From assembly GCA_964621995.1 (NCBI GenBank), contig CAZUPH010000001.1, positions 2,482-66,481 of the forward strand: a stretch of DNA of 64,000 bases, given 5' to 3'. Source of the DNA: an uncultured Rubrivivax sp. (GTDB lineage: Bacteria > Pseudomonadota > Gammaproteobacteria > Burkholderiales > Burkholderiaceae_C). How positions within the stretch are numbered: the first letter of the stretch is position 1; each line of letters starts with the position of its first letter. The notes under the pieces were generated by a model that saw only the letters and a list, made by a program, of their open reading frames with translations, was not told the DNA's origin and did not search any database. This document shows positions 18,910 through 27,404 of the stretch, in pieces. Made by a program: the position numbers and the translations under genes.

Positions 18910-20626
18910 TCAGGTCCACCTGCAGGCTGTCGACGGCGAAACGGTCGCCGCTGCCCGCGCGTACCGTCGGGCTGCTGATGGTGCGGCCGCTCAGCCAGCG
19001 CAGGCCCAGCGCGGTGTCGCGCGCCAGGCCGTAGCTGAGGCCGACGGCCAGGCCGCGCACGTTGGTGCCGCCCAGGCCGATGTCGCTGTCGACGAAGGCG
19101 TCGGGAACGGCGTCGCTGCCGAGCCAGCGGTAGGCCAGCCTGAGCTGCCACTGCTCGCGCTCGCGCACCTCCTGCGCGCCGAGCGTGAGCCTGGCGCCGA
19201 CGCCGAAGACGCGTGCGTCGTCGAGGTACAGGCCCCCGGTGCGGCGCGCGATCTCCTCGCGGTCGTAGGCCTCGTTGCGCACCACCTCGGCCGAGAAGGC
19301 GACGAAGACCGGCGCGAAGTGCGACCACTGTGCCGCCACGGTCAGGGCCCAGGGCTCGAACTGCGACGCCAGACCCCAGCGCGCGCGGTCCAGCGTCAAC
19401 CCGGCGGCGATCTCCAGCGGGTTGTTGGTCAGGAACAGCGTGTTGCCGCGCTGGCGCAGGCCGGCCTCGTACTCGTACTGGCCGTAGCTGGCGCCTGGGC
19501 CGGTGACGGCGCTGTAGTCGCCGTCGATCACGCCCTCGAAGTAGCGGAAGCGGTACTGCGCCAGTCCGAGGCGCACGCGCGTGCGTTCGCTCGCCTCCCA
19601 CTGCACGCCGATCTGCGCGCCGATGATGCCGCGGCCGCGCCGCGGCGGCGCGCTCTCGCGCACCGGGAAGTAGCCGACGGTCGCGAAGGGCAGCCAGCGC
19701 GCCTCCGGGGAGGGCGGCAGCCGCACGGTGGCGGCGGCACCCTCGAAGTTCAGGCTCTCGTTCCAGACGAGGTCGGTGCTGAACCAGGGGTTGGGAATGC
19801 GCCCGGCGCTGGCGCTGAACCAGTCGACGGGATCCAGCCGCACGTAGGCCTGGTCGACGAGGAAGCTGTACCTGTTGAAGTTCTGGCCCAGCGTCTGGTT
19901 GGTCGAGACCCGGTCACCCGCGCTGCCGGTGGCCAGCCGCAGGGCGGCCGTGACCCCATCGGCCACGCGGGCGCCGATGCCGAGCCTGGCGCGCACGCGG
20001 CTGCGGTTGCGGTCGACCAGGGTGTTGCCGGTGGGCAGGCCGCTGGCGTTGGCGGCGGCCAGGTCGGGTGCGCGCGTTGCCAGCGTCGCGGCCGAGGCCC
20101 CGACGAAGTCCAGCGGCGTCAGGTTGCCGTCGTCGTAGAAGTCACCCTGGCCGCGCACGCGCAGGTCGCCGCTGATCAGGAGGCGGTCGGTCCACTCGGC
20201 GGCGGCGTTGGGCACGCCCCAGCGCTCGGCACGCGCGCGGGCAACGATCTCCTCGCGCAGCTCGTTGCGGATCTGCTCACGCACGACCTGCGGCACGTAG
20301 GGCACGCGGGTCACCGGCGCGGCGGCGGCCGGCGTGGCGGGCGGCGCCCCCCATTGCCCTGGGGACGGCCCCGGTCCGCGCACGCTGGCCTCGGCGGCGC
20401 GGCGGCGCGCCTCGGCCAGCAGCTGGTCGGCCTTCTCGCGGCTGAGCGTGCCCTGGGCTACCAGCAGCTCGATCAGCGCCAGCGTCGTCTCGCGCAACGA
20501 CTCGAGCGACTCGCGCTCGGCCGCGGCCGGGGCAGGCGCCGCGGGAGTCTGGGCCGCGGTGCCTGTCAGCAGGCACAGCAGCGCGGCGCCGACGGCGGCC
20601 GGCCTCCAACTGGGACCGCGCCTCAT
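18896..20626 (-). CDS. Putative porin (outer-membrane beta-barrel with N-terminal helical extension)
   Basis: ATG 20626 overlaps the TonB-like stop; LIELLVAQGTLSREKA, RVPYVPQVVREQIR, DRNRSRVRARLG, DRVSTNQTLG, DAFVDSDIGLGGTN; ends LQVDLNVRY (beta signal). Confidence 0.85.
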   Translation of the reverse strand: MRRGPSWRPAAVGAALLCLLTGTAAQTPAAPAPAAAERESLESLRETTLALIELLVAQGTLSREKADQLLAEARRRAAEASVRGPGPSPGQWGAPPATPAAAAPVTRVPYVPQVVREQIRNELREEIVARARAERWGVPNAAAEWTDRLLISGDLRVRGQGDFYDDGNLTPLDFVGASAATLATRAPDLAAANASGLPTGNTLVDRNRSRVRARLGIGARVADGVTAALRLATGSAGDRVSTNQTLGQNFNRYSFLVDQAYVRLDPVDWFSASAGRIPNPWFSTDLVWNESLNFEGAAATVRLPPSPEARWLPFATVGYFPVRESAPPRRGRGIIGAQIGVQWEASERTRVRLGLAQYRFRYFEGVIDGDYSAVTGPGASYGQYEYEAGLRQRGNTLFLTNNPLEIAAGLTLDRARWGLASQFEPWALTVAAQWSHFAPVFVAFSAEVVRNEAYDREEIARRTGGLYLDDARVFGVGARLTLGAQEVREREQWQLRLAYRWLGSDAVPDAFVDSDIGLGGTNVRGLAVGLSYGLARDTALGLRWLSGRTISSPTVRAGSGDRFAVDSLQVDLNVRY

Positions 20627-21291
20627 CCCAGCATCCGGTTGGTCACGCGCAGCCGCAGCGGTTGGCGGAGCGACTCCGGGGGCGCCGAGGTGCCCGGGAA
20701 GCGCTGCAGCGACTCGCGCAGCGCACGGTCGAGGTCCTCGTCGCCGGTGCTGCCTACGAGCTCGGCGCGCTGCACGCTGCCGCTGGGGGCCAGCCACAGG
20801 TGCACCTGGGCCCGGAAGTCGCCGCGCTTGAGCGCCTGCTCGCGTGCGAGGAACTCGTTGAGCGCTCGCGTCGCTGCGCTGGCGAAGCTCTGCGCGGCCA
20901 GCCGCGAGGCAGCGTCCTCGCCGCTGCCGCCGATGCGCAGCTCCTGGCCAATGCGCTGGTCCGTGTAATCCTGCGTCACCGCCCCGGCGACCAGGCCGCT
21001 GCCGGGGCCGTCGCCGGCGGCCTCGTCGCTCTTCAGCAGGGCCTGCTGCACGGGCTCGGGCCGGTTCTCGGGCACCTGTGGCTGCGGCTGGTCCGGCTTG
21101 GGCGGCTCCGGGCGCTTCTCCTCCGGTGGCTTCGGCGGTGGCGGCGGCGGCGTGTCGGGCAGCAGCTTCACCGTCTGCATGCGACGCTCGCGCGGCGGCT
21201 CGTCGCTGCAGGCGGCCAGCGCCAGCGCGCCGCACAGCGCGAGGGCCAGGACGGCGTGCGAGGGTGGTCGGGTACGGGACGGGGCGGGCAT
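20623..21291 (-). CDS. tonB: TonB-like energy transducer
   Basis: N-terminal hydrophobic segment, Pro-rich linker (PDTPPPPPPKPPEEKRPEPPKP), TonB C-terminal-like domain (VHLWLAPSGSV...STGDEDLDRAL); directly downstream of exbD genes. Confidence 0.78.
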   Translation of the reverse strand: MPAPSRTRPPSHAVLALALCGALALAACSDEPPRERRMQTVKLLPDTPPPPPPKPPEEKRPEPPKPDQPQPQVPENRPEPVQQALLKSDEAAGDGPGSGLVAGAVTQDYTDQRIGQELRIGGSGEDAASRLAAQSFASAATRALNEFLAREQALKRGDFRAQVHLWLAPSGSVQRAELVGSTGDEDLDRALRESLQRFPGTSAPPESLRQPLRLRVTNRMLG

Positions 21292-21322
21292 GGTCGGGTT
21301 CTCCTTGGAGCGCCGCGCAGGC

Positions 21323-21724
21323 TCAGAACCCGATGCGCGAGGTGGCCAGGCTGAGCCCGATCCCCAGCTCGTTGCACAGGTCGATCATCGCCACCACGCG
21401 CTGGTACGGGGCCTTGCCGTCGCCCTGGATCACGACGGTGGCCTTTTCGTCGCGCGCGCGTACGGCAGCGAGCTCGCTGCGCAGCGCTTCCTCGCTGCGC
21501 GGCGCGCCGTTGAGCTTGATCGAACCGTCGGGCTCCACGCGCAACACCACGACCTCGTGGCGCTCGGCGGGCGGCGTCGCGGAAGGTTTGGGCATCGCCA
21601 GCGTGATTCCCTGCACCGTGGCCGTGGTCATCAGGATGAAGACCACCAGCAGCACGTAGGCCAGGTCCAGCATCGGCGTGACGTTGATGCTGTCGTAGGG
21701 CCTGGACTCGGTCTGGACCTTCAC
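21323..21724 (-). CDS. exbD: Biopolymer transport protein ExbD/TolR (copy 2)
   Basis: DSINVTPMLDLAYVLLVVFILM transmembrane segment with the conserved Asp; VVIQGDGKAPYQRVV. Confidence 0.9.
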   Translation of the reverse strand: MKVQTESRPYDSINVTPMLDLAYVLLVVFILMTTATVQGITLAMPKPSATPPAERHEVVVLRVEPDGSIKLNGAPRSEEALRSELAAVRARDEKATVVIQGDGKAPYQRVVAMIDLCNELGIGLSLATSRIGF

Positions 21725-21737
21725 GCCGGGCGCTCCT

Positions 21738-22148
21738 TCAGGGTGCCGCCGGCCTGGTGACCAGCCCGACCTCGGTGATGTCGAGCGACTTGATCACGCC
21801 CAGGACCTGCACGACGGTCTCGTAGGCGACGTCGGCGTCGCCCTTGAGCACCACCGGCAGGTTGGGGTTGGCGGCCTTGTATTGCGCCAGGCTGGCGCGC
21901 AGCTGCTCCACGCCAACGGGGAATGCATCGAGGTAGATCGCGCCGTCGGCGGTGATCGTCACGGCGCGGGTCTGCGGCTTGGCCAGGTTGCTCGTCGAGC
22001 GCGTCTCGGGTGAGGTCACGCGCACGCCCTGCACGCTGGCGGTCGTCAGGATGATGAAGATCACGAGCAGCACGTACGCCAGGTCGAGCATCGGCGTGAC
22101 GTTGATGTCGTCGTACAGCTCGTTGTCGGCCTTGACGTCGGCGGCCAT
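21738..22148 (-). CDS. exbD: Biopolymer transport protein ExbD/TolR (copy 1)
   Basis: DDINVTPMLDLAYVLLVIFII; VVLKGDADVAYETVVQVL. Confidence 0.9.
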   Translation of the reverse strand: MAADVKADNELYDDINVTPMLDLAYVLLVIFIILTTASVQGVRVTSPETRSTSNLAKPQTRAVTITADGAIYLDAFPVGVEQLRASLAQYKAANPNLPVVLKGDADVAYETVVQVLGVIKSLDITEVGLVTRPAAP

Positions 22149-22185
22149 GGCGTGCGTCCTCGCGGCTCGGTCGTCGCTCGCCGCG

Positions 22186-23889
22186 TCAGCGCTGGCCGTA
22201 GACCTCGGCGACGCGGGTCACGAACTCGTCGACGAAGATCTGCATGTCCGACGAGATCGTCTTCATGCGCGAGGTCAGGTAGTTGTAGCCGAACAGCGAC
22301 GGGATCGCGACCGCCAGCCCGGCCACGGTCGCCAGCAGCGCCGCGGCGATGCCCGGGGCGATCGCGGTGACGTTGACGTCGCCGGCCTGGGCGATCGCGG
22401 CGAAGGTGATCATCACGCCCACCACGGTGCCCAGCAGGCCCAGGAAAGGTCCGCCGGAGATCGCGATGGTCAGCCAGACCATCATGCTGTTCAGGCGGTT
22501 GTTCTCGCGCACCACGTCGGCGTCGACCGCCGCCTTCATCGCGTCGAGCGAGGCACCCGACAGCGCCGGCCCACCTTCGTGGACGTCGCGCTTGCGCAGC
22601 TCGCGCAGGCCGCCGGCGTAGACGCGGGCGACGCTGGAGCCCGCGAACTGTTCGGCCCCGGCGACCGACAGCACGTCGCGCGCCTCGCGAAAACGGGCCA
22701 GGAAACCCTGGTTCGCCGCCTCCGTGCGGCGCACGAGCACGAACTTGCCGACCATCACCCACAGCGCGATCAGGAACAGCAGCCCGCACAGCACGATCAC
22801 GACCCAGGCGTCCACCGTCAGGTTGCGCACCAGGATGCCGATGTAGCCGCCCTGCCCGCCCTCGTCGGCCGCGACCGCGCCCAGCGGCTGCAACACGCTC
22901 GCCACCAACCGCGCGTCGGCCGACTGCGCCGCGTGGGCGAAGCGCAGGAAGTCGGCGCTGCGCGAGGCGGCGGCGACGACGAGTTCGTCGACCAGGCCGG
23001 CATAGCCCTCGCCGACCGCGATCGCACCCTCGATGGCCGGCGCCGCGGGCAACGCCGCGCTGCCGGCCGGGCTGCCGTTCACGTGCAGGGTCAGCCGGCC
23101 GGCGTCGAGCACCGCCGACACCTGGGCCCAGGCATTGGTCGGGAGCGACCCGCCGCTGACGGTGACACCGCCAAGCCGGACCGTCGCGCGCCCCTGGTCC
23201 AGCGCGATGCTGAGCGCGCCCTGGCGGAACAGCGTGCCGCCGGCCGACTCAGGCCGCACCCACAGCGACACGGCGTAGGGGCTGCCCGCAGCGGCACGCA
23301 CGGCCGGCGAGGCCGGCCAGGCGATCGGCGTGCCCGCGAGCCGCGCCGCGGGGCCGATGAGCCCGTTGAGCTCCGGCACGGCCGGCACCTCGGCCCGCAG
23401 GGTGCCGCCGTGATCCACCGCGCTGCCGTCGATCTCGGCGAAGCGGAAGGCGGCGACGGTGCCCGCATCGACCACCACCGCGGGCGCCTCGGCCGCGGCC
23501 TGCGGGTTGCCGGCGTAAACATAGAGCGTGTTCTGGTCGCTTCCCGGCACCACCGTCGGCAGTTGCACCCAGAGCACTGCCAGTTCGTTCGCCCCGTCGT
23601 AGCGTTCGACGCGGAACGGCAACGGCGTTCGGTCGTCGCCGGCCAGCACGCGCAGGTCCGCGCCGTCGGGCCGCGCCGCAAGGAAGTCGAAGTTGCCCGA
23701 GTGCAGCCGCACCGGCACCGCCAGCCGAGTCAGCGCCTCGCTGGTGGCGACGCCCTCGGTGCCGGTGTTCAGCGTGATGCGGGTGCGATGGCTCCAGGCC
23801 TCGTCCCACCACGCCTGCGCCAGCAGCGGCAGCAGGCCGCCCAGCAGCAGCGCGGCAGTTCTCAGGCTCGGCAGGAAGATCTTGCGCAT
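22186..23889 (-). CDS. exbB: DUF2341 + LamG/ConA-like periplasmic domains fused to a MotA/TolQ/ExbB proton channel
   Basis: Signal peptide then AWWDEAWSHR and DGADLRVLAGDDRTPLPF.VE (DUF2341-like); LamG-like middle region; C-terminal ISGGPFLGLLGTVVGVMITF...IAPGIAAALLATVAGLAVAIP. Start at 23889 or 23913. Confidence 0.9.
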   Translation of the reverse strand: MRKIFLPSLRTAALLLGGLLPLLAQAWWDEAWSHRTRITLNTGTEGVATSEALTRLAVPVRLHSGNFDFLAARPDGADLRVLAGDDRTPLPFRVERYDGANELAVLWVQLPTVVPGSDQNTLYVYAGNPQAAAEAPAVVVDAGTVAAFRFAEIDGSAVDHGGTLRAEVPAVPELNGLIGPAARLAGTPIAWPASPAVRAAAGSPYAVSLWVRPESAGGTLFRQGALSIALDQGRATVRLGGVTVSGGSLPTNAWAQVSAVLDAGRLTLHVNGSPAGSAALPAAPAIEGAIAVGEGYAGLVDELVVAAASRSADFLRFAHAAQSADARLVASVLQPLGAVAADEGGQGGYIGILVRNLTVDAWVVIVLCGLLFLIALWVMVGKFVLVRRTEAANQGFLARFREARDVLSVAGAEQFAGSSVARVYAGGLRELRKRDVHEGGPALSGASLDAMKAAVDADVVRENNRLNSMMVWLTIAISGGPFLGLLGTVVGVMITFAAIAQAGDVNVTAIAPGIAAALLATVAGLAVAIPSLFGYNYLTSRMKTISSDMQIFVDEFVTRVAEVYGQR

Positions 23890-23989
23890 CGGCGTTCGGG
23901 GCAGCGGGTCCATGCGGCCGGAGACGCGACCCGGACCGGGCAAAACCACGCATTCTTCCGACGCGACGCGACATCGCTGGGGTAGGCAC

Positions 23990-24005
23990 TGGTCCGTTCG
24001 GATCA
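23990..24005. promoter_or_regulatory. Candidate EpsA box upstream of the exbB operon
   Basis: TGGTCC-GTTC-GGATCA (reverse complement TGATCC-GAAC-GGACCA), about 100 bp upstream of the exbB start. Confidence 0.55.
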
Positions 24006-24025
24006 TCGCGCCCGGTCCACGAGGT

Positions 24026-24871
24026 TCAGCGGCGCTGCGTGTCGTCGAGCAGCTGCAGTTCCATGGCCAGCGCGAGCGCATGGGCACGGTTGCTGGCGCC
24101 CAGCTTGCGCAGGATCTTCTGGATGTGGTTCTTGACCGTCAGCGCGCTGATGCCCAGCTCGGTGCCGATCTCCTGGTTGTTCTTGCCCTCCCGCACCCAG
24201 GAAAGGATCTGCAGCTCGCGCGGGGTCACCCGGGGCGGCCGCGCGGCCCGCAGATCCTCGCGCAATCCGAGTGCCGGCACCGCGCCGCCCACTTCGCGTT
24301 CGACCTCGATCACGCGCTGGTAGGCGCCGTGCAGGCCGTGCACGACGATCTGCATGAGCCGCCGCTCGTCGGCCGCGGCCGGCCGTTCCGGGCCGCCGAG
24401 CACGAACAGGCTGCTGATCTCGTGCACACGTTCGGGGCGCGAGACGCCGTGCACGAGCAGGCGCTGCACGCCGGCGTCGAGCAGGGCCTCGACTTCCCCG
24501 TCCGGCGGCGCCGCCGCATGGCGCTCGAGCTGCGTCTGCACGGGCTGCCCCTGGCCGCGGACCCAGGCATCGGCCAGCTGCCGCAGCAGCGGGGCATCCG
24601 CGTGCCGCAGGCCCTGCAGCGCATGGGCCGGAAGGGGCACCGTGTTGAACACGTCGAAGGTCAGCGCCCTGCGCTGGCGGTCGTACGCGCCGCACAGGGC
24701 CACGGTGTGCGGCAGCAGCTGCTGCAGCGGGTCCTGCAGCAACATGTAGAACTGGTGCCGCCTGCAGACGTCCGGCGTCCCCTCCACGAAGCGCAACAGG
24801 CCTCGGGCCTCCTCGGCGGACAGGGAGGTGTAGTCGAGCAACTCGTCGCCTTCGCCGGCCATCGTCTTCAT
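24026..24871 (-). CDS. epsA: LuxR-family regulator of the EpsA type (PEP-CTERM/EPS-associated)
   Basis: C-terminal HTH VTPRELQILSWVREGKNNQEIGTELGISALTVKNHIQKILRKLGASNRAHA; N-terminal RRHQFY...LQQLLPH..ALCG and LLVHG segments; lies between PEP-CTERM and EPS genes. Start trimmed to ATG 24871. Confidence 0.82.
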   Translation of the reverse strand: MKTMAGEGDELLDYTSLSAEEARGLLRFVEGTPDVCRRHQFYMLLQDPLQQLLPHTVALCGAYDRQRRALTFDVFNTVPLPAHALQGLRHADAPLLRQLADAWVRGQGQPVQTQLERHAAAPPDGEVEALLDAGVQRLLVHGVSRPERVHEISSLFVLGGPERPAAADERRLMQIVVHGLHGAYQRVIEVEREVGGAVPALGLREDLRAARPPRVTPRELQILSWVREGKNNQEIGTELGISALTVKNHIQKILRKLGASNRAHALALAMELQLLDDTQRR

Positions 24872-25090
24872 GGACGTGGTCCCGCCAGGCGCAGCTCGGG
24901 TACGACCGTCACGGTCGGCACGACGCGGCCCCGCAGATGGCGCGCACCGTGCATCGATGCCGCCGCCCCGGCGCGGAACGCGAACTGCGAGCGCGCTGTC
25001 CTGGCGTGGCGTGGTGAGACATGAGCATTTCAGACTAGGCGGCTTCCGTGTCGTGGCGTTGAAGGCTCGCTGACAAGCCGTCACTCGCCA

Positions 25091-25106
25091 TGAGCCGAGT
25101 GGACCA
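25091..25106. promoter_or_regulatory. Candidate EpsA box in the epsA / glycosyltransferase divergent promoter
   Basis: TGAGCC-GAGT-GGACCA; a weaker copy, TGAGCA-TTTC-AGACTA, lies at 25022-25037. Confidence 0.4.
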
Positions 25107-25247
25107 GTGCGCGGGCCCACGGAATGGCCGGGCACGCGCCGGTCGGCCACGCCATGAGCCGAACGGCGTGCTACGGGCCCGACCAGGCGACCGATCGCCG
25201 ACATGTCCGCTGCCCATAGTGGGCGGGCATCCCCTGCAGTCCGCACC

Positions 25248-26063
25248 ATGATCAGGTCCTCCACAGCGATCGCGCAGCTTCCCCTCACCACGCCGTCCAG
25301 CCCGTCGCTGTGCAGCGGCGCCCCGGCGCCGACGACGCCTTTGCGATTCGGCGCGGTGCCGATCACGGAAACGACGTCCTTCCCGCCGGCGCCATCGCGT
25401 CACTGCTGGATCTACCTGACCCTGAACGCCGAGATCGCGCAGTCCGTGCCGACCAACCGCACGCTGCGCGACCTGGTGCAGCAGGATCGCGCCCGCGTCA
25501 GCGTCGACGGGCAGTGGCTGTGGTGGGCCCTGCGGCGCAAGTACCCGGGCCGGACGCTGTGCAAGATGGCCGGCTCGGACCTCATCTACCAGCTGGCGAG
25601 CCATTGCGCGCGGCAGCAGCGGCGGCTGCTGCTGGTGGGCAGCACCCCGGCGATCAACGCCCAGGCCGTGATGCGTCTGCGGAGGCAGTACCCGAGCCTG
25701 GCGATCGCGGGATTCGCGCCGGCCGCGTACCAGCCAGGCAGCCTCGACGAGGACGCCGCGATGGCCGCCACCCACCAGGCCGTGGAGGCCTTCGAGCCGG
25801 ACTATGTCGTGCTGGGCCTCGGCGCAGGCAAGGAACAGCGCATGTCGGCACGCCTGGCGCCGCTGCTGGACGGGCAGGTCACGGGCCTGCTGTGCTTCGG
25901 CGGTGCGATCGACATGGCCTCCGGCCGCGTACGGCGTGCGCCGCGCTGGATGCAGCGCAGCGGCCTGGAGGGCCTGTACCGAGTCTGGCAGCAGCCGGCG
26001 CGCATGCTGCGGCTGCTGCGTGTGCTGCGTGTACTGCCGAGCCTGGCGACTGGACGGTACTGA
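25248..26063 (+). CDS. WecB/TagA/CpsF-family glycosyltransferase
   Basis: TLNAE, VDGQW, AGSDLI, VLGLGAGKEQR, FGGAIDMASGRVRRAPRWMQRSGLEGLYRV..QPAR. Confidence 0.9.
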   Translation: MIRSSTAIAQLPLTTPSSPSLCSGAPAPTTPLRFGAVPITETTSFPPAPSRHCWIYLTLNAEIAQSVPTNRTLRDLVQQDRARVSVDGQWLWWALRRKYPGRTLCKMAGSDLIYQLASHCARQQRRLLLVGSTPAINAQAVMRLRRQYPSLAIAGFAPAAYQPGSLDEDAAMAATHQAVEAFEPDYVVLGLGAGKEQRMSARLAPLLDGQVTGLLCFGGAIDMASGRVRRAPRWMQRSGLEGLYRVWQQPARMLRLLRVLRVLPSLATGRY

Positions 26064-26165
26064 CCGGGCACCCGGCCTGCCAGTCCGCTGTCCGGATACA
26101 GGGCGCCGCCCGAGGCGCGGCTGCCGCGGCGGCACGCCCTGCGGGCCCGGTCCCGAGTCCGGCGC

Positions 26166-27404
26166 TCAGCCGGCGGTCGCGGTGATGTCCCGGACGGCGA
26201 CCGCCTCGCCGTGGACCTGGCACGGCCGCAGACTGCGCAGGCAGCGGTACAGGTCGTCGGCATAACCGACCCGGCGCCCGGCGCTCCACGCGGACACCGC
26301 GGCAGCGCCCTGCTCCTGCACGGACGGGTCGCCGATCGGCCGCGCGGCCGAGAGGCAGGCTTGCGCAAACGCCGCCGGCTCCGACGCGGCGAGAACATTG
26401 GGGGGCAGGCCCTCCCCCAGACCGCGCAGCGCATGCGGCGTGGCCACCACCGGCCGTCCCGTCGCGATCGCCTCGATGGCCTTCTCCTGCACACCCGAGC
26501 CGCTGAGCGAGGGGATCGCGATGACGTCCACCGCGGCATACAGCGACCGCGCCTCGGCGACGCGCCCGAGCACCTGCGTGCCCGGCGGCAGCGACAGACC
26601 TTCCAGGCCGCTGCCCGCGAGCACGAGACGCGCGCGGCTTGCCAGGGCGGGCCACACGCGGTCCAGCAGCCAGCGCAGCGCCTGGCGGTTCGGTGCCCAG
26701 GTCCAGGTGCCGATGAGCCCGATCGCCGGCCGCTCGCCGCGGCGGGGCGGCGGCGTCATCGCGACCCGCGCCAGCGGATAGCCGCGCAGCACGAGCACCT
26801 GCGCGCGCGACCGCAGCCCGGCCTGTGCCGCGAGCGCTTCGAGCCGCTGCGCGTCGGCCTCGCTCAGGCAGGCCACGACGGCGGCCTGCTGCAGGGCCTC
26901 GAGCTCCAGTTCGCGCAGCCCACGCGCTTCGCGCCGCATCACGAAGCGGGTGGCCGACACGGTCGCGCGGCTGCGCCGCAGGTAGTCGTCGGATTCGACG
27001 TTGTGGTTCAGCAGCATCAGTGGCTTGTCGTGCCGCCTGCCGAGCCAGGGCCAGGCCTGCAGATGGTCGACGACGACGGCGTCGCAGGCCTGCAGCCTCG
27101 CGGCCACGCGCGCGCGCAGCAGGCGCCCGCCCTGCCGGAACACGGTCACCGGCTCGCCGGCCACCAGCGCCGACGTCACCGTGCACAGGCGGCGCAGCAG
27201 CGGCTGTTCATCGAACGGTGGCTCCGGATCGCCCAGCGAGATCACCTCGTGCGCCCAGTGCGCCGCCGCGCCGGCGTCGCCCCGGCCAGCCAGCACGAGT
27301 TCGTGACCGGCATCGCGCAGCCCGCAGAGCAGGCGTGCCGTGCAGATCTCGCCGCCGCTGCGGGGCTGCCCGAACAGGCGCGTGGTCAGCACGAGCAGCT
27401 TCAT
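26166..27404 (-). CDS. GT-B (family 4-like) glycosyltransferase
   Basis: ATG 27404 overlaps the upstream stop; HNVESD, W.PN..ALRW, GSGVQEKAIEAIATGRPVVAT. Confidence 0.85.
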   Translation of the reverse strand: MKLLVLTTRLFGQPRSGGEICTARLLCGLRDAGHELVLAGRGDAGAAAHWAHEVISLGDPEPPFDEQPLLRRLCTVTSALVAGEPVTVFRQGGRLLRARVAARLQACDAVVVDHLQAWPWLGRRHDKPLMLLNHNVESDDYLRRSRATVSATRFVMRREARGLRELELEALQQAAVVACLSEADAQRLEALAAQAGLRSRAQVLVLRGYPLARVAMTPPPRRGERPAIGLIGTWTWAPNRQALRWLLDRVWPALASRARLVLAGSGLEGLSLPPGTQVLGRVAEARSLYAAVDVIAIPSLSGSGVQEKAIEAIATGRPVVATPHALRGLGEGLPPNVLAASEPAAFAQACLSAARPIGDPSVQEQGAAAVSAWSAGRRVGYADDLYRCLRSLRPCQVHGEAVAVRDITATAG

